Notes under the pieces: model-generated
What the model was told of the DNA's origin: nothing
Databases searched by the model: none
What the model saw: only the letters and a program-made list of their open reading frames with translations
Program-made: the position numbers and the translations under genes
Shown: one piece after another, positions 25,416-33,831 of the stretch
Position numbering within the stretch: position 1 is the first letter of the stretch
Layout of the letters: each line of letters begins with the position of its first letter
Source of the DNA: an uncultured Clostridia bacterium
GTDB lineage: Bacteria > Acidobacteriota > Aminicenantia > UBA2199
Assembly (NCBI GenBank): GCA_964449545.1
Contig: CAYVBC010000001.1
Coordinates: forward strand, 1 to 36,306
Direction: 5' to 3'
DNA length: 36,306 bases

Positions 25416-25931
25416 ATGGCGGATCAACAACAGAGCGGGTTTGATCAAATCCGGAGGCACATTCCTGAATTTCCCGGATATGCGGATCCCTTCTCCCGTA
25501 TTCATGCCGACACCATCCTCCGTGCGTATGTGGATGGGAAAATTTCCCATGTATTGGAGCGATTGCTTCTATTTATCCAATCATCCGCGACGGAAAAACG
25601 GCTGGATTTGCTGTCTGATTTTGAAGATATCCGGGAGAGCCTGAGCGCATTGTCCGGCAGGTTGGCATCAGATGTGGCCCATGAAAGCGAACCCTGGACG
25701 TCCGGGACCATTGAGGAAGAACCGCTTGCCCGGATTCATGAGAATGACGGGGAGCTGGTCGATGCGGTTCAGTCGGTTCTTGATCGGATCATCGGGATGA
25801 AAGGCCCTGTACCGGATCGCCCTGAAGTGCTGCTTCTTAAAAATGCGGTGGACCGACTGCTGGGTCGCTTTCAGGACCGGTGTACAGAGCTTGAGGAGTT
25901 GGGGCTTGTCGGGGAAACCACCTCCAGATAA
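25416..25931 (+). CDS. Hypothetical acidic, predicted all-helical protein (gene A of the zinc-ribbon operon)
   Basis: 171 aa with a strong RBS. The composition is rich in E/D/L/R with helix-like periodicity (ILRAYVDGKISHVLERLLLFIQ, VDAVQSVLDRIIG, LLLKNAVDRLLGRFQDRCTELEEL). It has no hydrophobic segment and I recognise no family. Confidence 0.6.
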   Translation: MADQQQSGFDQIRRHIPEFPGYADPFSRIHADTILRAYVDGKISHVLERLLLFIQSSATEKRLDLLSDFEDIRESLSALSGRLASDVAHESEPWTSGTIEEEPLARIHENDGELVDAVQSVLDRIIGMKGPVPDRPEVLLLKNAVDRLLGRFQDRCTELEELGLVGETTSR

Positions 25932-26670
25932 TCATCCCGGCCGGTCACTGGAAAATCCTATCGGAGGCGCCGGAGTCAGTTTCACCTGTCCCCAGTGCAA
26001 CGCACCGCTGGATCTTCATCAGCAGGATTGCTTTATGCACTGCGTTTTCTGTGGCAGTGCCCTTTATCTTGATCTGGAATCCATCACTCGAGTGATGTCG
26101 ATACCGATTCACATTTCAGCGGATGAAGCGCCATTGTTTGTGCGCCGTCATCTGAAATCCGTGGCATTTGATGAGCGAATCTCCATTGTGAGCCGGGAAC
26201 TGCTGCTGATCCCTTTCTGGAGGGACCGGGAGAAGAAATGGATGGCCCGGGCGAGTGGAGAATATTCCGAGCCGAAGACCATGATGCCCGCCGTACAGCC
26301 CGAGGGCTTTTTTCCGGAACAACTTCCTCCTGAAGCGGAAATTCTTCCGGTGACCACCCGCCCACTGGATGAGTTGAACCTGTTGCTTTATTACCTGCCT
26401 TTTTTCAAAATGACCGTCTCACTGGGTGAACAGAAATTCCGCTTGCTTTGCAATGCGGTTACCGGTGAGGTAACCGGAGAGCAGATCCCGGTTGAGACCG
26501 GCCCGCATATCTTCCGGGTATTCCGGACGTTTCTGTTGATCTTTTTTGCCATGTTGGCCGTGGATTTCCTTGTGGACAACAACTGGATCCTGCTGGTTCT
26601 GAACGGTGTATGCTTATTTCTGGCCCAGCAACTCTCCATACCCATGATTGAAAAGTGGTTGTATAAATGA
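25906..26670 (+). CDS. Hypothetical zinc-ribbon membrane protein (gene B, paralog of C and D)
   Basis: The zinc ribbon CPQC-x14-CVFC is at 25987-26052. Aromatic motifs LLIPFW and LYYLPFF are present, and two C-terminal hydrophobic helices follow (FRTFLLIFFAMLAVDFLV, WILLVLNGVCLFLAQQL). The start is uncertain: TTG 25906 has GAGGAG 7 nt upstream, and the first in-frame ATG is at 25843. Confidence 0.65.
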   Translation: MSGKPPPDNHPGRSLENPIGGAGVSFTCPQCNAPLDLHQQDCFMHCVFCGSALYLDLESITRVMSIPIHISADEAPLFVRRHLKSVAFDERISIVSRELLLIPFWRDREKKWMARASGEYSEPKTMMPAVQPEGFFPEQLPPEAEILPVTTRPLDELNLLLYYLPFFKMTVSLGEQKFRLLCNAVTGEVTGEQIPVETGPHIFRVFRTFLLIFFAMLAVDFLVDNNWILLVLNGVCLFLAQQLSIPMIEKWLYK

Positions 26671-27662
26671 ATCCCCAGGTCCTGAACTGTAAAAATTGTG
26701 GTGGCGCGCTTCACATTGTGCCGGGTCAATGTGTGATTCGCTGTCCCTTCTGCGGGAATCCGTACTGTCTGGACCAGGAGCTTCCCCCGGCCGTGGTACT
26801 GGCCGTTCAAGTGGATGAGGAGCAGGCAAGAGAAAGAATTTTAAAGGGACTGCGGGAACCGCGTATTGAGCCCGGATTTCTCAGAAGAACATTTTTTGAG
26901 CGTGCGACCCTGTATTACGTTCCCTTCTACGAGGTTCGCGGTGTTAAGGCGGGATGGAGTATGGGAGAGGGGGAAACGGACACGTATTCCCATGTTTCCT
27001 TTGAGTATCTTGAGCCGGCCAACGACCTGGAAACACTCTCCCTGAATGTCCTGGATCGAAGCCTTGTGGAAGCCGCGATTCTCAATGCATGTCAGGTCGC
27101 TTTCCGACCGGTGGAGATGCGCAGGCGGGGCGTTGTCCTTCCCGCGCAGCCTTTCCGAAAAAACAATGTGTCCACGGACCATGACGTACGCCATGTGGTG
27201 GAAACGCATCTTCGCCTGGTTTACTTCCCCATGTGGGAGGTGGCGTACAGTTACCGGGGCATGGTGTTCAGGAGCTACTGCTCCGCTGTGGATGGTTCAT
27301 TGATTACGGTGAAAGGGTTGCGAAATCACCGGCGCAAACTGGGGCTGGCGCTGCTGGGACTTTTTTCGCTGGCCCTGTTGTTGGGCCGCATGTTGAAACT
27401 GGTGTTCGTTATATTGTCGGGAGTGTCCGTCGGACCTGTCACGCTGCTGGCTGCGGCGGGAATCCTGGCTCTGGGTGGATTGATCTGGGGCGTTCTCTTT
27501 CCATACCTGTGGCGCCTGTATGCCTTCCGGGAAGAGATTGAGGTTTCCGGCGCCTTTATGGTCACCCGGCCCGTTAATTACAGAGAAGGCCGTCTGTTGC
27601 GTTTCAGCCGTGAATTTGTCCATCGGATTACTGGCGGCGAAAAATCCCGGGGAGAACCGTGA
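26667..27662 (+). CDS. Hypothetical zinc-ribbon membrane protein (gene C, paralog of B and D)
   Basis: 331 aa with an ATGA overlap with gene B. The zinc ribbon CKNC-x14-CPFC is at residues 8-29. Motifs LYYVPFY and LVYFPMW are present, and FRSYCSAVDGSL matches FRLLCNAVTGEV in B. A hydrophobic block of 2-3 helices lies at residues ~224-290. Confidence 0.72.
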   Translation: MNPQVLNCKNCGGALHIVPGQCVIRCPFCGNPYCLDQELPPAVVLAVQVDEEQARERILKGLREPRIEPGFLRRTFFERATLYYVPFYEVRGVKAGWSMGEGETDTYSHVSFEYLEPANDLETLSLNVLDRSLVEAAILNACQVAFRPVEMRRRGVVLPAQPFRKNNVSTDHDVRHVVETHLRLVYFPMWEVAYSYRGMVFRSYCSAVDGSLITVKGLRNHRRKLGLALLGLFSLALLLGRMLKLVFVILSGVSVGPVTLLAAAGILALGGLIWGVLFPYLWRLYAFREEIEVSGAFMVTRPVNYREGRLLRFSREFVHRITGGEKSRGEP

Positions 27663-28231
27663 AACTGTTAAGCCTCAAATGCCCGCGGTGCCGGAAAGAC
27701 CTGGAGGGAGACAATAACAGCCGGGTGTTTTTCTGCCGTGACTGCTGCCTGGGTGTGGACCTGAGCCGGGGAAAAGAATCTGAATATAAAGTGGAATGCG
27801 CGCAACCGAGGATTCAGAAAGAAGCGGAGATGGCGTATTTTCCATTCTGGAAATATAAAGGGCGGTATTGGGTGGTGTCCGACGAACACAGAGAGCCTGT
27901 TTCCCGTGAGTCCACTTTCTGGGTTCCGGCGTTTTTCATAAAAAGTATCAACTCCTTCGGGGATATCGGTCTGTATTACACGTCTCGAAAAGTCAGCCCC
28001 AATATGGAGCGGTGCCGTTCGATTCCCCTTTTTCCAGCGGATCGAGGCGAAGCGCATGCGGCGATCTACCCCATGGTTTATGCCGGTTGTCTGGAATCCG
28101 GTTCGGTGTCCCGGGTGGTGGAATTGAATGTCCTGCATGTAAATCTGGTTCATGTCCCCTTTTTCAGGATGGGGCGTGAATATATGGATTCCCAGCTGGG
28201 ATGGACCTACCCTTCCGGTGCCCTTATCTGA
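27659..28231 (+). CDS. Hypothetical soluble zinc-ribbon protein (gene D, paralog of B and C; no membrane segment)
   Basis: 190 aa with a GTG start in a GTGA overlap with gene C. The zinc ribbon CPRC-x14-CRDC is at residues 8-29, the same positions as in C. Motifs AYFPFW and LVHVPFF are present. I prefer it to the antisense ORF 27668-28309 because of this paralogy and the coupling. Confidence 0.68.
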   Translation: MKLLSLKCPRCRKDLEGDNNSRVFFCRDCCLGVDLSRGKESEYKVECAQPRIQKEAEMAYFPFWKYKGRYWVVSDEHREPVSRESTFWVPAFFIKSINSFGDIGLYYTSRKVSPNMERCRSIPLFPADRGEAHAAIYPMVYAGCLESGSVSRVVELNVLHVNLVHVPFFRMGREYMDSQLGWTYPSGALI

Positions 28232-28241
28232 TTGACGCCGG

Positions 28242-28270
28242 TTGACTTCCCGTCGGCCGTTGTCTAAAAT
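28242..28270 (+). promoter_or_regulatory. Sigma70-like promoter upstream of trxB (TTGACT-17-TAAAAT)
   Basis: TTGACT is at 28242-28247, followed by a 17-nt spacer and TAAAAT at 28265-28270, about 60 nt upstream of ATG 28330. Confidence 0.45.
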
Positions 28271-28329
28271 AAAAGGCGAAAATGCCATGTAGCAGGGCCT
28301 GATTCCCATTGAACACAGGAGTATTCATC

Positions 28330-29259
28330 ATGAATAAAAGACAGATCATCATTATCGGTTCTGGGCCGGCCGGCCTGACCGCTGCAATTTATACGGCCAG
28401 AGCTGGTTTAAAGCCGCTGGTTTTCGAGGGTTATCAGTCTGGTGGACAACTGATGATCACCACGGATGTGGAAAATTACCCGGGATTCAAGGAAGGGATC
28501 GCCGGTCCGGAACTGGTGGCCAACTCCCGGGCCCAGGCGGAACGTTTCGGAGCGGAACTGCGCAGTGTGGATGTGACCCGGGTCGAGTTTTCTCCCGGGA
28601 ATCATGGTGTGTGGGTTGAGGATGAGGAATTTCGCACTCCGGTGGTGATCGTCTCAACGGGCGCACGCGCCAACCTTCTGGGCCTGGAGAGCGAAAAGCG
28701 TTTGATGGGTCGGGGTGTCAGTGCCTGTGCCACCTGTGACGGTTTCTTTTTTCAGGAAAAGGCCGTGGCTGTAGTCGGAGGCGGAGACAGTGCCATGGAA
28801 GAAGCCCTCTTTCTGACTCGATTCGCATCTATTGTCCATGTGGTTCACAGGCGTGATGAATTCCGGGCATCCCGAATCATGGTGGAACGTGCCCGGGAGA
28901 ACAAAAAAATCACTTTTGTAATGAACGCCACGGTGGATGAAGTTCTGGGAGAGGATCGGGTGACCGGTATCCGTCTTCGGGATCCTCGAGACAATTCGGT
29001 GAAGGAACTTACTCTGGATGGTGTTTTCATGGCCATTGGGCACACGCCGAACACACTTCTGTTCCAGGGCCAGCTTGAGCTGGACGATAAGGGGTACATC
29101 CGTACCATGGCTGAGAAAAAAGGCCAGACCCGAACCAGTGTCCCTGGAGTTTTTGCTTGTGGAGATGTTCAGGATCCACATTATCGGCAGGCCATTACCG
29201 CAGCCGGAAGCGGCTGCATGGCTGCCTTGGATGCGGAACAATATCTGGACAGAATGTAA
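28330..29259 (+). CDS. trxB: Thioredoxin-disulfide reductase
   Basis: 309 aa counted from ATG 28330, with AGGAG 8 nt upstream. It has the FAD motif [19 protein letters not shown], the redox-active CATCDG, the NADPH motif [12 protein letters not shown] and GHTPNT...VFACGDV. Confidence 0.97.
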   Translation: MNKRQIIIIGSGPAGLTAAIYTARAGLKPLVFEGYQSGGQLMITTDVENYPGFKEGIAGPELVANSRAQAERFGAELRSVDVTRVEFSPGNHGVWVEDEEFRTPVVIVSTGARANLLGLESEKRLMGRGVSACATCDGFFFQEKAVAVVGGGDSAMEEALFLTRFASIVHVVHRRDEFRASRIMVERARENKKITFVMNATVDEVLGEDRVTGIRLRDPRDNSVKELTLDGVFMAIGHTPNTLLFQGQLELDDKGYIRTMAEKKGQTRTSVPGVFACGDVQDPHYRQAITAAGSGCMAALDAEQYLDRM

Positions 29260-29314
29260 TCCTGCGTCTCCGAGGAAAGCCTTCTCAACGAGAGGTGAAT
29301 TCATTTTTGTGTCC

Positions 29315-32104
29315 ATGAGGATCAAAAACCCGACAGCCTTCGGAATTTTTCTGTCACTCCTCTTCATGATTTTTCTTTCGCCCAGTGCCTTCTCCCTGGA
29401 TCGGATTGCTCCAGGCACGGTTTGGTGGGAAAAATCGGGCCCGCGTTTTGTTGTCGTCTTTCCGGAAGGGTATTCGTCACTGGGAGATGAAGTGTATCGG
29501 ACCGCGGAACAGGTGTACGCGAACCTGACGGAATTCTGGCAGGAAAAAATCCGGGGGAAAATTCGGATCCTGGTGGTTCTTGATTCGGATGTGGGAAGCG
29601 GATTCGCGACCTTTTTCCCCTACAACACCATTCGGATTGATTTGGCACAGGCTCAACCGGATGAGATGTTTAGTGGCGGCAGGTCCTCCTGGCTGAAGAT
29701 GATACTGGTTCATGAGATGACCCATCTCCTGATCATGAACAAAAGCTCGGGTTTTTTTTACGCCCTCCGTCGATTATTCGGGCATATGCCCCTGGCCTTC
29801 CCCATGGTTCAGTATCCCACCTGGCTCCATGAGGGACTGTCGGTGTACAGTGAATCCAGACTTTGTGATTCCGGTCGGCTGAATACTCCGGATTATATTC
29901 AGATGATCAATTCGATTGCCCGGGCGGATGCGTTCAGGGGGTATCTGGCCATCCGGGGGAATTCCACTCAATGGCCCGGACCTCTGACACCCTACCTGTA
30001 CGGCGCGGAACTGGTCCGTTACCTGGTCGACAGGTTTGGAGAAGAATCCCTCCGGCTCTTGGTGGAGCACCTCCGCATGGTCCCTGTTTCCCTGGGGATC
30101 TCTCCCCGTTTTAAAAGGGTGTTCGGTATGGGAATCCGAAAGACTTGGCGGGATTTCCGTGATTCCGTCACTTCGCGGACCGCGAGCCCTCCGGATCACC
30201 TGAATTGGCTGACTGGAGACGGCTGGGGGAAGCGGTATCCCGTGACCCTCCCGGACGGCCGCATGGCTTATGCGTTCAACAACAGGCGTTCCCGTCCAGG
30301 AATCCGGGTTTTTGACCCTGGCACAGGAAAGAGCTCCTGGCTTCTGAGGCGGAGGCGGATCTCGGGACTGGCCTATGATCATCAGAATCGTCGTCTGGTG
30401 TTCTCCTCACTCAAAGTGTTTCGCTCTTTTTATCTGTTCTCCGATCTGTTCACCTTTCATGAGGGGGAAAGAAAATTGATTCGCTGGAGTCGGGGCGGGC
30501 GGTTTTCCGAGCCGACTCCGGTGGTGGGGAAGCCGGGGCTGGTCTGTGTGGCACGGAAGGGAAATCGGTATCAACTGGTGTATATGAATGAACCGTTTGC
30601 AGCTCCGGTCCCGATTTCAGAGAGTTTTGCCGGCCTGTCTCACCCCCGGATTTCTCCGGATGGATGCCTGCTGGTCGCGGCCGTGAAGTACCGTTCCCAT
30701 AACTGGGGGATCGGAATATTCAATTCTGATGGTAAATTAAAGAATGTGCTCCATGTTCCGGACGGTCGCTGCAGTGTCCCTTGTTGGAAAAACGACCGGG
30801 AGATCTATTTTATTCTGGAGAGAGAGAATCGATCCCTCCCGGCACGAATCCGGCTGCGGAATCGGCGGGTTTCCCTTCTCAACTGCGAGGGGCTGGCGGG
30901 GGTCAGGGATATGGAACCCGGGAGTGACGGCGGGTTGAACCTGGTGGTGTTGAACTCCGGGGGATATGACCTGGCCGGATTGCACCGGGATCGAGTCAAC
31001 TGGTCACCTCTGGACTCGACATGGAAAATTCCCCGGGAAACCAATGGGGTTGCCGATTCTCCTGAATCCCGGCCATACAAAATTTCCCGGGAACTGGGAC
31101 CCAAGTACCTGTCTCCCGATGTGGACTACCCGTCCGGAGAGGCAAGGATGGGAGTCCGGACGTCCGGGAGTGATCTTCCCGGCCACTACACTTACAATGC
31201 ACGTCTGTTGTATGGTTTTCGAACCGGAAAATGGAGTTCACAGCTGCAGGTCACAGTGAATCGTTTTCATCCCCTGTTGACCCTGACATTGCGCAGGGAA
31301 CATCTGTTCCTGGGCAGCCGAAGTTCTGGAAATTTCACATTGACCAACCGCTTCCTGAACCTGGTGGCCGCATTCCCTCTGGTGGCCAGGGAGACATTCC
31401 GCTGGGATCTGGAAGCGGGGTTTCATCTCAATCGTATCCAGGATCGAAGCCACCTTCATTCTGAGGGAGAAGCCGTTGAGTTGAACGGCATTTCTCTTTC
31501 TCTTTTCCTCCGGTCCGCGCGGAGATACTACGATGCCATATCCTATTCCGACGGGAGCCGCTTAAAATTGATGGCTTCCTTTGATATTGCCGGAATCGGG
31601 GGGTCCTCCTCCGCGCGTTCCCTGGCTCTGGATTGGCGGAAATATGTGGCCATTGTTCAGCCCAATGTTCTGGCGTTGCGGTTGGCGGTTGCTCATTCCT
31701 GGGGATATGCCCCCAGGCTGTTCTACCTGGGAGGGACCCGGTCACCCGAAGATGTCGGGCTTGTGGAAGGCGGCCTTTTTTCGTTATTGCGTGGATTTCC
31801 CGGGGGGGTTTCCGCTGGATTCGGTGGCTGGCAATTGAACCTGGAACTGCGGCTCCACTTTTTCAAAATTGAGCGTGCGTTTCCCATTGGACCGAGTTTT
31901 GATCGTGTTTACCTGACGCTTTTCTGTGACAGCGGGAATATGTGGAACCAGCGTTTGAAAATGGATCCCACATTGTCATGGGGTGCGGAAGTGAATCTCA
32001 TCATGCACCTGGGTGCTCCCGTACACCTGGCCATCGGCGTTGCGTTCTCCACCGGGCTGAACCGGGGGCCGGCCCTCTATTTACGAATCGGGGAATCTTT
32101 CTGA
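29315..32104 (+). CDS. Outer-membrane fusion protein: signal peptide, HExxH (MA-clan, gluzincin-like) peptidase domain, PD40/TolB-like beta-propeller region and C-terminal Omp85/surface-antigen-like beta-barrel
   Basis: 929 aa counted from ATG 29315 (MRIKNPTAFGIFLSLLFMIFLSPSAFS). HEMTH is at 29711-29725 with WLHEGLSVYSE 35 residues later. PD40-like segments are present (RISPDGCLLVAAV, DGRMAYAF). The C terminus has LRGF (loop-6 VRGF/Y-like, 31790-31798), FCDSGNMW, and a terminal ...LYLRIGESF ending in Phe. The track's start at 29018 overlaps trxB. Confidence 0.82.
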   Translation: MRIKNPTAFGIFLSLLFMIFLSPSAFSLDRIAPGTVWWEKSGPRFVVVFPEGYSSLGDEVYRTAEQVYANLTEFWQEKIRGKIRILVVLDSDVGSGFATFFPYNTIRIDLAQAQPDEMFSGGRSSWLKMILVHEMTHLLIMNKSSGFFYALRRLFGHMPLAFPMVQYPTWLHEGLSVYSESRLCDSGRLNTPDYIQMINSIARADAFRGYLAIRGNSTQWPGPLTPYLYGAELVRYLVDRFGEESLRLLVEHLRMVPVSLGISPRFKRVFGMGIRKTWRDFRDSVTSRTASPPDHLNWLTGDGWGKRYPVTLPDGRMAYAFNNRRSRPGIRVFDPGTGKSSWLLRRRRISGLAYDHQNRRLVFSSLKVFRSFYLFSDLFTFHEGERKLIRWSRGGRFSEPTPVVGKPGLVCVARKGNRYQLVYMNEPFAAPVPISESFAGLSHPRISPDGCLLVAAVKYRSHNWGIGIFNSDGKLKNVLHVPDGRCSVPCWKNDREIYFILERENRSLPARIRLRNRRVSLLNCEGLAGVRDMEPGSDGGLNLVVLNSGGYDLAGLHRDRVNWSPLDSTWKIPRETNGVADSPESRPYKISRELGPKYLSPDVDYPSGEARMGVRTSGSDLPGHYTYNARLLYGFRTGKWSSQLQVTVNRFHPLLTLTLRREHLFLGSRSSGNFTLTNRFLNLVAAFPLVARETFRWDLEAGFHLNRIQDRSHLHSEGEAVELNGISLSLFLRSARRYYDAISYSDGSRLKLMASFDIAGIGGSSSARSLALDWRKYVAIVQPNVLALRLAVAHSWGYAPRLFYLGGTRSPEDVGLVEGGLFSLLRGFPGGVSAGFGGWQLNLELRLHFFKIERAFPIGPSFDRVYLTLFCDSGNMWNQRLKMDPTLSWGAEVNLIMHLGAPVHLAIGVAFSTGLNRGPALYLRIGESF

Positions 32105-32110
32105 TCCGGC

Positions 32111-32902
32111 TCAGATACGCGGTTCAGACAAGACGTATTCCCGCCGGTTAAACACCCACAGAGAGATTGTCAGCAGGCCCACGGAAATCAGCAGCAGAAG
32201 GATTATGGAATGAGCGGTTGAGGAGGCCTGCAACTGAAACATCAGGAATCCGCCGCCCGTGGATGATTTGTATGGCAAAAGGGATTTAATATAGTGGCTG
32301 ATGGTCAGCCGCTGGGTGGATCCGGGGATGAACTGGACGATGTATTCCCATCCGAAGATGAAGATGACTCCAGCGATAACCGGTTTTTTCAACAATGTGC
32401 CGAACAGGACGAAAAGGCTGCTGTAGGCCAGTATGGTCAGTGCTCCGGTTCCCACATATGCCCCAAGCAGGGAAATTCCGTCTCGAGTCAGGGCTTCAGC
32501 CCCGAATCCCAGTCCCAGGGAAACCACGATGGCCAGTGTCAAAATCGGAATCGCCAAGGCAAGCAGGGCCGCGACTTTTCCCAGGAGAACCCATGGTTTG
32601 CCCGCGGGACGGGTGGTGAGGAAAGCCAGGGTATGGCCATCCAGTTCATCTCCCACGCAGGCGCTGCCGAAAAGGAGACTCAGCAGGGGCGCGAACAACT
32701 GAAAAAGGAAGGGAACCGCCATCTGTCGAAAAAGGACAGGCCCGGTAGAACTGTTGGGATTCCCCAATTGAACGAGTAGCACCACCAGCAGTATGATGGC
32801 GGGGATGAAGGCCGTGGCCATCAGCAGAAGTGTTCTCCTGTTGCGTATTCCGGTACGCAAAAAGAAACGGAAAATCGGGTATATGGATTTACTGGGGCTC
32901 AT
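32111..32902 (-). CDS. ABC-2-type transporter permease
   Basis: 263 aa counted from ATG 32902 (MSPSKSIYPIFRFFLRTGIRNRRTLL). It has about 6 hydrophobic helices. A TAATG overlap joins it to the upstream ATPase stop. Confidence 0.75.
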   Translation of the reverse strand: MSPSKSIYPIFRFFLRTGIRNRRTLLLMATAFIPAIILLVVLLVQLGNPNSSTGPVLFRQMAVPFLFQLFAPLLSLLFGSACVGDELDGHTLAFLTTRPAGKPWVLLGKVAALLALAIPILTLAIVVSLGLGFGAEALTRDGISLLGAYVGTGALTILAYSSLFVLFGTLLKKPVIAGVIFIFGWEYIVQFIPGSTQRLTISHYIKSLLPYKSSTGGGFLMFQLQASSTAHSIILLLLISVGLLTISLWVFNRREYVLSEPRI

Positions 32903-33831
32903 TATTTTCTCCCTACCAGGTAGTTGAATACGGCCTGCAGGTTGTCGTCCGGTGAAGTGATTTCGTCGATATGCCATTTCCGTTCCACGATCATGCGGTT
33001 CAGACGACCGAAAAAATGGTCCCGGTTGTCGGTTTTGAATACGACTTTCTTCGACTGGTTGACGAAGCTGGTGGTCAGTACATGGTCATCTCGGACAAAT
33101 TGTTCAGCAAGCCGGCGGAAATGGGGGCTTTTGATGGAGACCATGTGGGGATGTGAATCCAGCAGGCTGCGGATCTCCTGGATGTCTCCCTGGGCCAGAA
33201 TTTCTCCCTGGTGGATCAGAATGATGTGGTTGGTCATTGCCTCGATTTCGGGAAGGATGTGAGAGGAGACGATGACCGTCCGTCCCATCTCTTCGTACTC
33301 CCGGATCAGATTGATTATTTTTACCCGCCACAGAGGATCCACTCCCCGCAGGGGCTCATCCAGGATCAGCAGTTCGGGGTCATGAATCATTCCGGCAGTG
33401 AGCTTCAATCGTTGGCGCATTCCCAGGCTGTAGGCGGAGATCGACTTGTCCGCCACCTCTTCAAGGCCGACTTTTTCCAGGGCTTCCCGGGCCTTTTGCC
33501 GTGAGTTTTCCGGGGAGAATCCATGGAGTCGGGCACAGAAAAAGAGGTACTCTCCCCCACTGACTCCCGGGTAATAGGCGTCATTCTCCGGGCAGAAGCC
33601 GACACGCCTGAAGAGTCCGGGATTGCTGAATACCGGCTCGTTAAAGATTCGGATCCGCCCCCGGTTGGGGCGCAGCTGGCCGGACGCGATGCGCATGAAT
33701 GTGGTCTTCCCAGCGCCGTTCGGGCCCAGCAGTCCCTTGACTCCCGGGGTGATTTCCAGGCTGATATCACTGATACCGAGGATGTTGCCATACCATTTGG
33801 ACAGGCTGTCCGCCAAGAGTACAGGTTCCAT
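32902..33831 (-). CDS. ABC transporter ATP-binding protein
   Basis: 309 aa. It has Walker A (LLGPNGAGKTTFMR), the signature YSLGMRQRL, Walker B (LLILDEPLRGVD), the H-loop SSHIL and an extra C-terminal domain. Confidence 0.92.
   Translation of the reverse strand: MEPVLLADSLSKWYGNILGISDISLEITPGVKGLLGPNGAGKTTFMRIASGQLRPNRGRIRIFNEPVFSNPGLFRRVGFCPENDAYYPGVSGGEYLFFCARLHGFSPENSRQKAREALEKVGLEEVADKSISAYSLGMRQRLKLTAGMIHDPELLILDEPLRGVDPLWRVKIINLIREYEEMGRTVIVSSHILPEIEAMTNHIILIHQGEILAQGDIQEIRSLLDSHPHMVSIKSPHFRRLAEQFVRDDHVLTTSFVNQSKKVVFKTDNRDHFFGRLNRMIVERKWHIDEITSPDDNLQAVFNYLVGRK

Noticed and set aside
27668-28309. A 213-aa minus-strand ORF covering the same DNA as zinc-ribbon gene D.
   Set aside because: The plus-strand product shares the CxxC-x14-CxxC ribbon at identical residues, and the PF[WF] motifs, with genes B and C. 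It is also GTGA-coupled to gene C. The minus-strand product has no motif, no RBS and no partner.
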